A stretch of 43,909 nt of DNA from Cyanophyceae cyanobacterium (GCA_050331735.1 JBHJGN010000082.1:1-43909); one strand, 5' to 3'; shown: positions 18,019 to 28,472, counted from the stretch's first letter. Notes: generated by a model from the sequence alone, not told the origin. Numbers and translations are program-made.

Positions 18019-19662
18019 GTGCTATATCTTGCAGAAGTAAAAAAGCAAAATAAAGGCTTAATCGGCGGCGTTAAGACAGAGCTAAAATTGCTGGCGTTTC
18101 AGCGGAACGATCAGTCATGGAGTGCCGTGACGCAAGGAGAAACGATTAGCTGTGAATCTGTCAATCAGGTGGGAGAAGGAGCGTTACTGATGGTTAACCT
18201 CAGCCCAAATCGGCAGATTCAGGGAACGCCAGAACCAGCCGGAGCAAAAATCGTGAGCTTGTTACAAAAGTTTTCTCGGCTATCAGAAAAATCAAAAGAC
18301 CAAGACCAGGAAATTGAGCAGTGGAAACAGTCCTTAACGTATCAAAGCCAAGAACTAGCGCGTCGCGAGCATGAATTAGAATCGCGGCTCGAACAGCTCG
18401 AACGCATGGAAGAAGAATTTGGCCCCCTGCAAAAGCAGCGACAAGATATTGAAGAAGCACGGCGGCAACTCAACGAGCAGTACAAACGGTCGGAGCAAGA
18501 GCTAGCCGAGCAGATCGTTTTCGATGCTGAGCAGAGTCGGAACATGCAGGAGCTGGTCTCGCGCTTATCGCGGGTTGACATAGACTCAAACTTAGTCCAA
18601 GAACAGCTTCAGTTAGCGTTGGCTGCGGTTGATCATCAGCAGAGTTTCCTCGATGACTCTCGGCAGCAGCTCGAACGGCAGCGAACGGAAATTGCCCAAC
18701 GACAAACCGAGCTGGAGCAGCAGGCGCAGGCGTTAAGCGATCACGTAGCGGCACTCTGCTCAACAGCCGACTCTTTAGCCCAAAGCCAGCACCACCTTCA
18801 CGAACAGCAACTCTGGTACAGCAGCCAGCAAGAGCTTGCCGAACGTCTCGATCGGTACCGCTGGAAACTCGAAGAAATTGAGGAACTCGTAGCCTGTTTA
18901 GCGGTGGAGTCGGGAGCGGTGTTATCGGCTCACCCAGTCGATACCGATGCCCTAGAAAAGATGCCGCTCGCAGAGCTACAGGGCAAAGTGGAGGAGCTGC
19001 GGCAGGATCTCGAGAAGCTGATCGGTTTTGTCAAAGACCAAGAGGAAGAGGTCACCTATCAGTTCCAGGCGATTCAAGAATTACAGGAAAAACTCAACAA
19101 CGCCCACGATGACGAACGGAGCCAAATAGCAGCAGAACTCAAGGACGAGAAAGAGCGCAAGAGAATGCTCGATGAAACTCTCCTCGGTCAGCGCCGCAAT
19201 TTACGCGAGCGACAGGAATTTTTTCTTCAGCACCAGCGAATTTTGCACCGTCGTCAAGGAGTCGTTGAGGAATCTCCGGTTGATTTCCAACCCGTTTTGC
19301 GACACATTGAAACTCAGCGACACCTCCTGCAAGAAGACCAGCAAAGCTTAGCGGCGAATGTCGAGCAAATCAGCGCGAGCCTAGCACACCTCCAGGAACA
19401 GGTTCAGCAGCAAAGCCAACAGCACCAGGACCAAGAACACGAGCGACAGCACCTAGAAGAAGCGTGGCAGCAAGGACAGACTGAAACAGCCCGTCTACAA
19501 TCCCGGATCGAAGTTTTCGAAAGTTTAGACCCTCTACAAAACGACCTCAACAAACTGCGACAGAAGCTAGAGGACATACAGCAAAATCTAGCTCCCGTCC
19601 AGCATAACGAGCGACAGCAAATTGCTGAGCAGATCCTCAGCCAGTTAACAGTGACTAGTTGA
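18019..19662 (+). CDS. hmpF: Pilus motility/taxis coiled-coil protein HmpF
   Basis: MLYLAEV.KQ N-terminus, ELKLLA.QR.DQSWSAV, EIEQWKQSLTYQSQEL.RRE, LEKMPL.ELQ, LDETL.GQRRNLRER; divergent from the Pil-Chp locus. Confidence 0.9.
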   Translation: MLYLAEVKKQNKGLIGGVKTELKLLAFQRNDQSWSAVTQGETISCESVNQVGEGALLMVNLSPNRQIQGTPEPAGAKIVSLLQKFSRLSEKSKDQDQEIEQWKQSLTYQSQELARREHELESRLEQLERMEEEFGPLQKQRQDIEEARRQLNEQYKRSEQELAEQIVFDAEQSRNMQELVSRLSRVDIDSNLVQEQLQLALAAVDHQQSFLDDSRQQLERQRTEIAQRQTELEQQAQALSDHVAALCSTADSLAQSQHHLHEQQLWYSSQQELAERLDRYRWKLEEIEELVACLAVESGAVLSAHPVDTDALEKMPLAELQGKVEELRQDLEKLIGFVKDQEEEVTYQFQAIQELQEKLNNAHDDERSQIAAELKDEKERKRMLDETLLGQRRNLRERQEFFLQHQRILHRRQGVVEESPVDFQPVLRHIETQRHLLQEDQQSLAANVEQISASLAHLQEQVQQQSQQHQDQEHERQHLEEAWQQGQTETARLQSRIEVFESLDPLQNDLNKLRQKLEDIQQNLAPVQHNERQQIAEQILSQLTVTS

Positions 19663-19676
19663 TCGTTAGAGTTAAG

Positions 19677-20666
19677 TCAACGGTCACTCTGCTTATTGTT
19701 GACTGTTAATTGTTGATTGAAAATAATCCAGTCACCCTGGGCTTCGGCGCTCGCACCGCCGCTTAAAGATGAGGTGCGGGTGCGGTTAGGAGCCTGAATC
19801 AGATTAGTGACGCTTTCGATCTCTTCAAAGTTGGGCGCTTGGGGAAGAACCTGGTGTAAAAACTGCCGCACGACGCGACGCTGTAGCGCAAGGGGCACAT
19901 CCCGCAGGCGCAATCGATTCAGGCCGAGTGGCGATCGCACCTGCTGAAGAAGCGCTTGAGCGGTTGTTTCTAAATATTCCACGTCGGCGCGCAGGAGTTC
20001 TGCAGTCTGAGCGAGCGCCGTTTCCACTTGCGGATTGAAATGGCGCTGGAGGTACGGCAGAAGCTCAGCGCGAATGCGGTTGCGAGCGTACTTCAAATTT
20101 TGATTGGCGGCATCTTCCCAAACGGGAAGCTGAAACTGCCGACAAAATTCCAGGGTTTCGGTCCTCGAAACCGTCAACAGCGGACGAACCACAATGACTT
20201 GCTCGGTCAGCGATCGCTGCCAGGTAAGCGCCTGAAGCCCGTCAGCCCCTGAGCCGCGAACCAGATTATACAATAGCGTCTCAGCGCGATCGCTTTTGGT
20301 GTGGCCCGTTACCACCGCCGCAAAGCCATTGTCAGCGGCAAGCTGAGCCAAAGCCTGATAGCGCCATTCCCGCGCCGCAGCTTCGGTTTCCGCTACAGAT
20401 TCGGCGGCCAGATAGAAAGGAAGCTGCCACTGCTGGGCAATCTGCTGCACCCATTCTGCCAGTCCAGCATCGACAGACCAGCGATGGTTGCAGTGAGCGA
20501 TCGCCAAATGCCAGTTCCACTGAGGCTGAAGATCCAGCAGCAGCTTCAGCAAGCACAGGGAATCCTGCCCGCCGGAGACGGCGACTAACGCTCGACTCCC
20601 CCGCGCCAACAGGTGTCGCTGACGCAGGGTTTGATGCAATCGCGCGTGGAGTAAAGTCCAAGTCAT
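19677..20666 (-). CDS. tilS: tRNA(Ile)-lysidine synthetase
   Basis: AVSGGQDS PP-loop, HCNH, E..AR..RY, TGHTKSDRAET, RPLL, YARNRIR. Confidence 0.95.
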   Translation of the reverse strand: MTWTLLHARLHQTLRQRHLLARGSRALVAVSGGQDSLCLLKLLLDLQPQWNWHLAIAHCNHRWSVDAGLAEWVQQIAQQWQLPFYLAAESVAETEAAAREWRYQALAQLAADNGFAAVVTGHTKSDRAETLLYNLVRGSGADGLQALTWQRSLTEQVIVVRPLLTVSRTETLEFCRQFQLPVWEDAANQNLKYARNRIRAELLPYLQRHFNPQVETALAQTAELLRADVEYLETTAQALLQQVRSPLGLNRLRLRDVPLALQRRVVRQFLHQVLPQAPNFEEIESVTNLIQAPNRTRTSSLSGGASAEAQGDWIIFNQQLTVNNKQSDR

Positions 20667-20765
20667 CGGTCGCTCCGCGACGGGGAAATTGTCCCGGTTG
20701 GGACGGGGAAAGGGGAAGGGGGAAACTGTCCCTTTTCCCTGCGCCTCTGGCGCTTCCCTGCGGCG
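20667..20765. repeat. Second copy (opposite orientation) of the GGGGAAA/mini-hairpin repeat family
   Basis: GTCGCTCCGCGAC (20669), GTCCCGGTTGGGAC (20691), GCGCCTCTGGCGC (20741) within GGGGAAA/TTTTCCC tracts; resembles the reverse complement of 6775-6956. Confidence 0.75.
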
Positions 20766-21767
20766 CTAGAAGAACCAGCCGTAGGAATGCAGTCCTTTGC
20801 CGAGCAGGTTAACTCCTAGGTAGCAAATCCAGACGACAACGAAGCCGCTGGCGGCGAGGATGGCTGGCTTACGTCCTTGCCAGCCGCGGGTGATGCGAGC
20901 ATGAAGATAGGCCGCAAAGACAAGCCACGTGATCAGTGCCCAGGTCTCCTTGGGATCCCAACTCCAGTAGGATCCCCACGCTTCATTGGCCCACACGGCT
21001 CCAGCGATAATGCCGATGGTGAGGAGGGGAAAGCCTAAACCGATCGTGCGATAGCTAAGATTGTCGAGAGTATCGGCTAGGCTAAGGCGCTGGGGAGACA
21101 GAGGAGGCTCGGGCGGAGCTTTCTCCATGACGGCGGTTCCGGCTCCGCTGGTGCTGGCCTCGGCGAGGGTATAGGCATTGCTGGGGGATTGATGACGCAG
21201 CTTGATAAACTCCGAGCTGCGGTAGCTTCCCGTGCCGACTGAACTACCTTTAAGCTCGACGGACTGACCGCGAGTCACGACTAAAAAAGCGATCGCCAGC
21301 AGCGCTCCCACCATCAGAGCCGCATAGCTGAGCATCATCACGCTGACGTGCATCATCAGCCAGTTTGACTTGAGAGCCGGCACGAGGGGAGCAGCAGACT
21401 GCATTTCGGCGGGGAGAGAGAGCGCGGCGAAAGCGGTAATGCCCATAGCGACAGGAGCGGTCACCACGCCAACCAAGCGACTGCGACTCACGTTTTCCGC
21501 TATTAGGTGGACTGCCGTGATGCCCCAGGTGAGGAAGAAGAGAGATTCATAGAGATTGCTGAGCGGAAAGTAACCCGCCTCCAGCCAGCGAGCCCCCAGC
21601 AGGGTAGCGATACTGAGGTTGGCGATCGCCATGCCAGCGGTTCCTAGCGCTGATAAGGCAGGCAGGTTGGAAAAAACCGCGCCTCCCCAGTAAACCAGCA
21701 TGGTCACGAACAGCACCAAAAAAGATGTGTTGTCGAGGACATTCTGAAGAGTAATCAGATCCATCAT
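20766..21767 (-). CDS. ccsB: c-type cytochrome biogenesis protein CcsB (CcsA/Ycf5 family)
   Basis: [44 protein letters not shown] (WWD motif), GLHSYGW. Confidence 0.95.
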   Translation of the reverse strand: MMDLITLQNVLDNTSFLVLFVTMLVYWGGAVFSNLPALSALGTAGMAIANLSIATLLGARWLEAGYFPLSNLYESLFFLTWGITAVHLIAENVSRSRLVGVVTAPVAMGITAFAALSLPAEMQSAAPLVPALKSNWLMMHVSVMMLSYAALMVGALLAIAFLVVTRGQSVELKGSSVGTGSYRSSEFIKLRHQSPSNAYTLAEASTSGAGTAVMEKAPPEPPLSPQRLSLADTLDNLSYRTIGLGFPLLTIGIIAGAVWANEAWGSYWSWDPKETWALITWLVFAAYLHARITRGWQGRKPAILAASGFVVVWICYLGVNLLGKGLHSYGWFF

Positions 21768-21979
21768 TATTTAAAGCCGTTTTTAAAGATTCTAAGGAGC
21801 TAGGGATAGTAAACAAACAGCGGTCGAGACAAGGTTGAAATTTTAGCAGGCTAGGAGCAGAGACAAGTTGTCGTTGTTTTTCCTCTTCCCCGTCCCGAAG
21901 AACCCAGTTTCCCTTGCTCGCCCGCAGCGGATCCCCTTCAGTTTATTCTACTCAGTCGAGGCTTTGGCAGGGCCAGAGA

Positions 21980-24223
21980 TTACGGGGCTTGTAAGACAAC
22001 TAGCTGATCTTCAGGCAAAAAGCTGCGAAACTCTCCTTCATCTGCCAAGATGGCAATCATGTTGAGCTGAGAATCTGGCTCGACGTGCAAATCCGCCCAA
22101 GGCACTGCTAATTCTAGACACTCGTTGAACGCGACTTCCGCTCGGCTGGCTCTGGAGTGCCAAGCAAAATTCTCTGTCGCTTCTTCAAACCAAATGGCTT
22201 CAGTGAGCAAGTTAATTCCTAGGTGATGACGAAACAGATAGTTCAACGGTGCTTGTTTAGGAATCGCTGCTAGCGGAATTGGGCTATTGTGTCCGGTAAC
22301 GCCCGAGTAATACCACAGCAAATGAAGTTCAGTGGGGAGATTAATACCGGGCTGGACTCCAGCTTTAAAATCTAAACGGAGGTAAAAGTTAAGGTGATCG
22401 AGGCCGTAAAACAGTCGCTGAATGGTGCTGCTGCGGTGCATCGTTCCTCTCGCACCGCCAATTTCGATGCGACCAGCTTTGTCCCAGTCTTGTTCATCTC
22501 CGATGCCGTTAATGACTGGATGAATAAAGCTTTGGGGGTGTAGACTGCCTTTGTGTTCGTGAGCTTCAATCGGCTGTCGCAGATGAGCGGGCACTGGCTC
22601 ATTGAGAGCGCGGTATATAGCGCTAAGATGTTCGCGAAAGAGCTGATCGAACATGGCATCTTGGTTAGAAGAATGTCCTTCTCCAAACCACCAAAACCAG
22701 TCAGAGCCTTCGGCGGCATCCAGAGCCTCCCACACTTCTGGGTTATTTTCCTCCGTGGCTTCAGGATGCTGGGCTAAGACCGCTCTGGCTTCAGCTAACA
22801 GATCCCAGGCGCGGTTTTTAGCCGGATCGCCGATCCAGGTCGTGAAGCTGCCGTCCACCCAAGAACCGCTGTGGAGGGTTTCGGAGGAAATGGTTTCTGT
22901 GGCTGGAAACTGCTGCAAAAATTCGGCGACGGTCACTAATTGAATTCCTGTGTGGGCGCTTAAGCGAGAGTACAAAGCCTCGAGAAAGGGCAGGCCATCT
23001 TGCTGGTAAAATTCCCAGCAGTTCTCGCCATCGAGGGCAATGGTGACTAACCCAGGCTGTTCTAGAGCCCCCGGTTTGCCCTGACGCTGCTTTAAGGAGC
23101 GAGAGATAGCCTCTAGGTGTCCGATAAGATCGGAGGCAGCGTGGTGAGCGTCCATTGAGCCGTAGGTAAACCCAATCAAGTCTGACAAGCGATGATCGCG
23201 GAAGACGATTGCTAGGTCGCCGTGGGGCGTTTCCAACCGATAGGGACGATAAAGGAGTTCTGGTTCGTAGACATTGCCAACTTCATCTCGATGAAAAAAG
23301 TGGCGGAGGCTCCAGCCCAAAATGGCCTCATCCGAGCAAATCCATTGAAACCCAGCTTTAGCAATGTCGGGTAAGATAGCGGGGCTGACTGACTGTTCTG
23401 AGGGCCACAGCCCGCGAGGTTCTCGACCAAATCGCTCGATATACACATCCCAGGCTTTGCGGAGATGCCGAGGAATATCTTCTGGCCACTGAAAGCGATG
23501 CTGGGGGAGCGGCATCCCGGGAACGGCGACGCGACCAGAGTTCGTGTCTGCCAGCAGCGGCAAAATCGGATGCGTGTAGGGAGTGGTGGTTACTTCTAGC
23601 TGTCCGGTTTCCTGCATCCGGCGGTGCTGAGGCAGGATGCGGCCAATAATCTCTCGCTGTTTGGAGTAGATGCGCTGGCGATCGCTCAAGCTAAAGTTCC
23701 GGCCCTGTCTGAGCCAGCCTTCGATGTCGGGGTCATCCCAAAAGAGGGGATCGATCCAGGCGAGATTGTGCCAGGCCAGCAGGTCGCTGTAGTCTTGAAG
23801 GGACCAGTTTTCCAAGCACCAGGGGCGTCCTCGTTCCTGACGGTGACGATACAGCTCGGCATAGCGAGGATGGGGATCGATTAAGGTGCGGTGGTGTCCG
23901 TCAAAAAAATGTTCGACGATATACTGCCTTTGCTCGTGGTTGAGCTGCTCGTCTGGGGTCAGCGCCAAGGCGAGGTAGGGATCGATCGCTGTTCCGTTTG
24001 CGTAGTCTTCGAGCTGGAGAATCAGTGATGGCACTAAATTGACGGTTTGATGCAGTTTTGGATAGCGTTCTAGAATCAGGATTAGATCCAGGTAATCCTT
24101 AGTGCCGTGGAGCCGGACCCAAGGAAGGCGATACTGTCCGGACCGATCGAAACGAGGCTCTCGGGATTTATACAGGGGCTGGTGCTGATGCCAAATAAAA
24201 GCAACGTAAAGAGGATGAGGCAT
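21980..24223 (-). CDS. Glycoside hydrolase family 57 (amylopullulanase-like)
   Basis: WHQHQPLY, LPWVRLH, HPILPLL, GLWPSEQ (nucleophile), IALDGENCWE (acid/base), AEGSDWFWW. Confidence 0.93.
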   Translation of the reverse strand: MPHPLYVAFIWHQHQPLYKSREPRFDRSGQYRLPWVRLHGTKDYLDLILILERYPKLHQTVNLVPSLILQLEDYANGTAIDPYLALALTPDEQLNHEQRQYIVEHFFDGHHRTLIDPHPRYAELYRHRQERGRPWCLENWSLQDYSDLLAWHNLAWIDPLFWDDPDIEGWLRQGRNFSLSDRQRIYSKQREIIGRILPQHRRMQETGQLEVTTTPYTHPILPLLADTNSGRVAVPGMPLPQHRFQWPEDIPRHLRKAWDVYIERFGREPRGLWPSEQSVSPAILPDIAKAGFQWICSDEAILGWSLRHFFHRDEVGNVYEPELLYRPYRLETPHGDLAIVFRDHRLSDLIGFTYGSMDAHHAASDLIGHLEAISRSLKQRQGKPGALEQPGLVTIALDGENCWEFYQQDGLPFLEALYSRLSAHTGIQLVTVAEFLQQFPATETISSETLHSGSWVDGSFTTWIGDPAKNRAWDLLAEARAVLAQHPEATEENNPEVWEALDAAEGSDWFWWFGEGHSSNQDAMFDQLFREHLSAIYRALNEPVPAHLRQPIEAHEHKGSLHPQSFIHPVINGIGDEQDWDKAGRIEIGGARGTMHRSSTIQRLFYGLDHLNFYLRLDFKAGVQPGINLPTELHLLWYYSGVTGHNSPIPLAAIPKQAPLNYLFRHHLGINLLTEAIWFEEATENFAWHSRASRAEVAFNECLELAVPWADLHVEPDSQLNMIAILADEGEFRSFLPEDQLVVLQAP

Positions 24224-24484
24224 AAAGAAAAATCAGATTACTGGTGTTTAGGAGCTTTCTGAGCTAAGAGACAGGACGCGTTATCGTCAACAAGAGTGAC
24301 TCGTTGGCACTAAGCGAGTTTGCTGATCTGCTTTTTGCTTATGCTACATCAACCGTCTATAACCGCCTATCTCTTTGACAGCAAATCAGGCTTGGTTACC
24401 AGTTGATGTGAGTGGCGGAATATTGCTATTAGGATGGCCTCTTCAGAGAACCTTTCCTTTAATTTTGATGCTTCACTAGGCCAC

Positions 24485-24508
24485 AAAAAATGCTCCCAAG
24501 AGGGAGCA
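24485..24508 (-). terminator. Rho-independent terminator
   Basis: TGCTCCC-AAGA-GGGAGCA with adjacent A6 (U-tract on minus), ~30 nt after the stop at 24541. Confidence 0.75.
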
Positions 24509-24540
24509 CGAAAGAACTTTGATTGAGAGCTTAGAGCCGT

Positions 24541-26349
24541 TTATGGTTGTCTTTTAAATGAGTCTAGCCATTCCCGCACCTGGTTAGCCGCAATATCTCG
24601 ACTGCCTAGGCCAAAGGCCAGAGCGATCGCTACGGCCACTGCGCCAAAGAGCAGGCCGAAGGCGAGGTTGACAATATTGCTAGCAATCCCCATCTGCTGG
24701 AGCGCCATCGCGGACACTAAAGCAATGATCGCAATGCGCGCCGTCTGAGCTAAAATCCGTGACTGCCGAGAACCAGAGCTGATGATGAGATTAAAGGCAA
24801 GATTCGCTAGGTAGAGACCAATGGCAAAGACGATTAAGCCGGCCAGGATTTGACCGGAGATTAACACAATACCGCTCACGAGGGCCGTCAGCGCTGGAAT
24901 ATCAATGATATTAACTGCCGCCAGGGTGCCAAACAGCACGATGCCGACCCAAGCAATAATGCCTACTAATTCTGAAGGAGAGCGGCTGGGAACCGACGGT
25001 GTGGGTCGTGGGGATGTGGGATCTGCCATTTCTGGGGCAGTCGCCGGGGGAGGCTGAGGAGGAGTGGTACTAGCGGGACGGGTCGGAAACCCGAGCCACT
25101 GGAAAACGCGGTTAAAGCCTACGCTCGTGAGGATGTTGGTCAACAGCTCAGAAACAAAATGCCCGGCGACGTAGGCCAAGGCCAGAATCACCGCTGCCGC
25201 AAATAGGTTGGGGAGGAAGTTGAGAATCTCGTTGAGCATGGCGATCGCTGGTTCAGAAATCGCCTCGATTTGAAGAGCCTGGAGCGCGGCGATCGCGGTG
25301 GGAATCAGAATGAGCACGAAAACAATGGTTCCCAGCAGCCAGGACAGAGACTGATTGCCCGGTCGAGTACTGAAGCCAAATCGGGCTCCGAGGCGATCCG
25401 TGCCAGCGGCAGCGAGCAAATTCGTAACGATGCGGCGGACAATTTGAGCAACCAGCCAACCGGCACCAGCGATGACGATCGCTGCCAAAATATTGGGCAG
25501 AATTGCCAGAATCTCGTTTAATAGCTCCTGAACCGGGGCTAACGTCCCTTCTAAACCGAGAGTGCTGAGAATGGAGGGAAGAAACAGTAAGAAGATAAAC
25601 CAGTACAGTGCGTTGCCGATGGTTTCGCTTAAAGAAAACTGGTTGCTGGCCGAAGGGCGATCGCTCGTTCTAGCGGTTGTTCCGGTTGATTCAGTCGAGG
25701 AACTCTCATCGGCAAACCGCGTTGTCGTGGTTGAACTGACTGTCGTCCCCGTGGTTCTGGTCGTTCCGGTTGCTGTTTCGGGGTCTTCCATTTGCTGACC
25801 CAAACGTTCATCTAGTCCAAAGGCTTTAAGGGCACGAGTCACCACCAGCTTGACAACCGTTGCTAGTAGCCACGCCACTCCAAGCAGAATTAACGCGCCC
25901 ACGATGTTAGGCAAGAAACCGATCACGCCACTCAGGAAATCGTTAATCGGCTGAGTAACCGCATCGAGCTGGAGGGTCTGGAGAACCGCAACAATCGTTA
26001 AGATAACGACGAGCCAGAAGAAGGCACTGGAGATCCAGTCTTCTACCTTCGGTGCGTCTGTATCTGGTCGTCCAGATATCCAGTTAGCAATGCGATTATC
26101 AATGTTCGTACTGTTTAAAATTCCCCGGACGATCGCCTTGACGATGTAGGCAATAATAATGCCGACCACCAGAATCACGATCGCCGCGATAATTGTCGGC
26201 AGGAAGCCCGTCAGGTTGCGCCCTAATTCCTGAAAAAATCCAGGGCCTGGTTCAGGAATATTCTGGGCATCCGGGACTGCCTCCTGGGCTAGGACTATTG
26301 GCAGTGATGATATACCACCGCTTAATATTTTGATTTGCCAATCATTCAT
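24541..26349 (-). CDS. Conserved TM-helix-repeat membrane protein (mechanosensitive-channel/CmpX-like)
   Basis: Repeated (F)LPNI.AA..IL..G...A helices; C-terminal NIVNLAFGLLFGAVAVAIALAFGLG.R..A; AGAGGT RBS. Confidence 0.8.
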   Translation of the reverse strand: MNDWQIKILSGGISSLPIVLAQEAVPDAQNIPEPGPGFFQELGRNLTGFLPTIIAAIVILVVGIIIAYIVKAIVRGILNSTNIDNRIANWISGRPDTDAPKVEDWISSAFFWLVVILTIVAVLQTLQLDAVTQPINDFLSGVIGFLPNIVGALILLGVAWLLATVVKLVVTRALKAFGLDERLGQQMEDPETATGTTRTTGTTVSSTTTTRFADESSSTESTGTTARTSDRPSASNQFSLSETIGNALYWFIFLLFLPSILSTLGLEGTLAPVQELLNEILAILPNILAAIVIAGAGWLVAQIVRRIVTNLLAAAGTDRLGARFGFSTRPGNQSLSWLLGTIVFVLILIPTAIAALQALQIEAISEPAIAMLNEILNFLPNLFAAAVILALAYVAGHFVSELLTNILTSVGFNRVFQWLGFPTRPASTTPPQPPPATAPEMADPTSPRPTPSVPSRSPSELVGIIAWVGIVLFGTLAAVNIIDIPALTALVSGIVLISGQILAGLIVFAIGLYLANLAFNLIISSGSRQSRILAQTARIAIIALVSAMALQQMGIASNIVNLAFGLLFGAVAVAIALAFGLGSRDIAANQVREWLDSFKRQP

Positions 26350-26849
26350 AATCTTGTTGAATTTACCTCTAATTTAATCAACAAACGGCTCAAACCTGTA
26401 GCGGTTTTCAGTCTCCAAACTTTTCTTGCTGCCATCAGCGATGGCTAAGCCTGCGAGGAGGCGAGCTCAGTTTGGATGACGCCATTTTGTTGCGTGTAGA
26501 TGTTACCATTGCACTCCTCCACTCTTCGTGTTTTTCGCGGTGGAATTATTTTGCTCAAGCTAGCCAAGAAAGTCGTAGCCTAGGGTAAGTAAAAATCGCT
26601 CTGTTGGCCTCTATCTTAATAAAGATTTAAGCCACAAAAATAGGTGATTTAGCTGAGTTTCTTAACCAAATCCTAATCAACTTAGCTAACAGATTGAGTA
26701 AAAAGACCCCTATCTAACCTGTTTTACCTGGGAGAGGCGTCTTCACTAAGCCGGTAGCTATGGCGCTAAGCGCTTTTGAATTTGTGTTAAGAATAGTAAA
26801 TAAGAAATTTAAAATATTAGCTAATTTACTCCTCGACGTTCTATTGGAG

Positions 26850-27308
26850 ATGTCATCTTATCAAGTTTTTGAGCAATCTATTCAGATTCATGCCAGTGCT
26901 ACAACCGTTGAGCACTGTATTACTGACCAAAGTTTAATGCATCGGTGGTTGAATCCTGCCCTGCGCTGCGATCCGGTAGGAGAATGGAGGACGACCGTTG
27001 GCAGTCGCAGTCGCTTTGTGATTCAAATTCCTTGGATTGAACCGACTTTGGAGAGTATCATTCTCAAGCGAGAGCCGGGGTTGGTCGTGTGGGGATTCGA
27101 GGGATTCTTTCAAGGACGCGATCGCTGGGAGTGTCAGCCGAATATCAAGGGAACTCATCTACTCAATCGGTTTGAGTTTAAAATTCCCAATCCATTAATT
27201 AATTGGGGATTCAACACCTTTGCTGCCACTTGGACCAAAAGCGACATGAAAGCTCAACTCCGACGACTCAAGCGCCTTGCCGAAGAAATTTATCAGCAAG
27301 AATCGTGA
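26850..27308 (+). CDS. SRPBCC (polyketide cyclase/dehydrase-like) family protein
   Basis: FEQSIQI.ASAT.VE.CITD..LMHRWLNP, VVW.F.GFF.G.DRWECQP, DM.AQLRRLK; ATG at 26850 preferred. Confidence 0.8.
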   Translation: MSSYQVFEQSIQIHASATTVEHCITDQSLMHRWLNPALRCDPVGEWRTTVGSRSRFVIQIPWIEPTLESIILKREPGLVVWGFEGFFQGRDRWECQPNIKGTHLLNRFEFKIPNPLINWGFNTFAATWTKSDMKAQLRRLKRLAEEIYQQES

Positions 27309-27491
27309 TATATTAGGCGACAAAAACAGTTGAGGTCGAACGGCACCGCCTGAGAGTTGTTATGATACTGTCTGACTAAAATGACCAACAGACAACCGTC
27401 GCTGATATTTTCTCGTTAGTTGAATAAAGCTTGCCCTTAATATTGAAGTGCTGTACAGCCAGTTTAAGCCGACAAAGCGGAAGCAATCGTC

Positions 27492-28472
27492 ATGATGCAT
27501 ACACGTACGTTTGATGATATTCTCATTGTTGGACAAGGACGCTCGGGGACAAATTGGTTGCTCGATCTACTAGATATCAGTCCCAGAACTCACTGTCGCA
27601 ACGAGCCGGATAAATTATCGTCTTCTCCACTAGCTAAGCTACCGTCTCCGGTTACCAAACAGCCGCTAGGAGAAGATTTTGCTAAGCGGTGGGAGCAGGC
27701 CCTCACTCTGACTTCGCTAAGCATGGGAGAGCGAGATCGCATTGGCGTTCATCCCAAGTTTCATTTGTACGAGCCAGTGCGTCGGCTGGGAGGGGGGTAT
27801 TTAATCAGTAAGTCTAGGCTGCGTCAGCTCTTTGCCCTCATTATGCCTGGATGGGGACAATCGGAGTGGATAGCCCCTCGATGGCTGGCTAATCCGTCTG
27901 CACTGAGGCAAGCAGCAACGGTTTTGAAGCTCAATCAAGTTCCAGGATGGGCAGAGTGGGTACTGCTAAATCAGCCAGAAATCCTCGTGATTCACATTGT
28001 GCGTCATCCAGGAGGTTTTTTGAACTCTTGGCAAAATCGGTATTTAAAAACTCAGGAACCGGAGGCAGTCGAACAAGCTAATCAAGAACGTCTCCGGCAG
28101 GTGGCCCAGAGAGAGCCACAATGGGCGGCACTGTTCAAAGACATCGGCGATATGTCTGTAGAAGAATCAGAATTGTGGTACTGGCGTTACGCCGCAGAAA
28201 CAATTCATGCGGCTGGAGAAGGACAATCTAACTACTTAAGGATTATCTACGAAAATTTGGTTGCCGACCCACTAACCGTCGTCCGGAATCTTTATGAAAA
28301 ATGTTGTCTGCCCTGGACAGAGGACATTGAAAAACAAGTTTTTCAAAGCTCATCTGGCTCTAATTCGATAGCCACTGCTTGGTCTGAAAAATTGCAGTCC
28401 GAGCAAGTTGCTCTAGTAAAGCGCATTCTGCACGGTAGTTCAATGCAGGATTGGTGGGGAGAGACATCATAA
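27492..28472 (+). CDS. PAPS-dependent sulfotransferase
   Basis: IVGQGRSGTNW (5'-PSB loop), NEP, IHIVRHP...LNS (3'-PB), YE.LVADP. Confidence 0.85.
   Translation: MMHTRTFDDILIVGQGRSGTNWLLDLLDISPRTHCRNEPDKLSSSPLAKLPSPVTKQPLGEDFAKRWEQALTLTSLSMGERDRIGVHPKFHLYEPVRRLGGGYLISKSRLRQLFALIMPGWGQSEWIAPRWLANPSALRQAATVLKLNQVPGWAEWVLLNQPEILVIHIVRHPGGFLNSWQNRYLKTQEPEAVEQANQERLRQVAQREPQWAALFKDIGDMSVEESELWYWRYAAETIHAAGEGQSNYLRIIYENLVADPLTVVRNLYEKCCLPWTEDIEKQVFQSSSGSNSIATAWSEKLQSEQVALVKRILHGSSMQDWWGETS

Noticed and set aside
26400..26510. 24-aa upstream ORF before the TM-helix-repeat gene
   Set aside because: No motif or conservation evidence available from the sequence alone.
26760..26849. N-terminal extensions in the ORF track (also 40392-40487, 40744-40827, 4015-4050)
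   Set aside because: Non-conserved-looking sequence; downstream ATGs fit family N-termini or RBS better.
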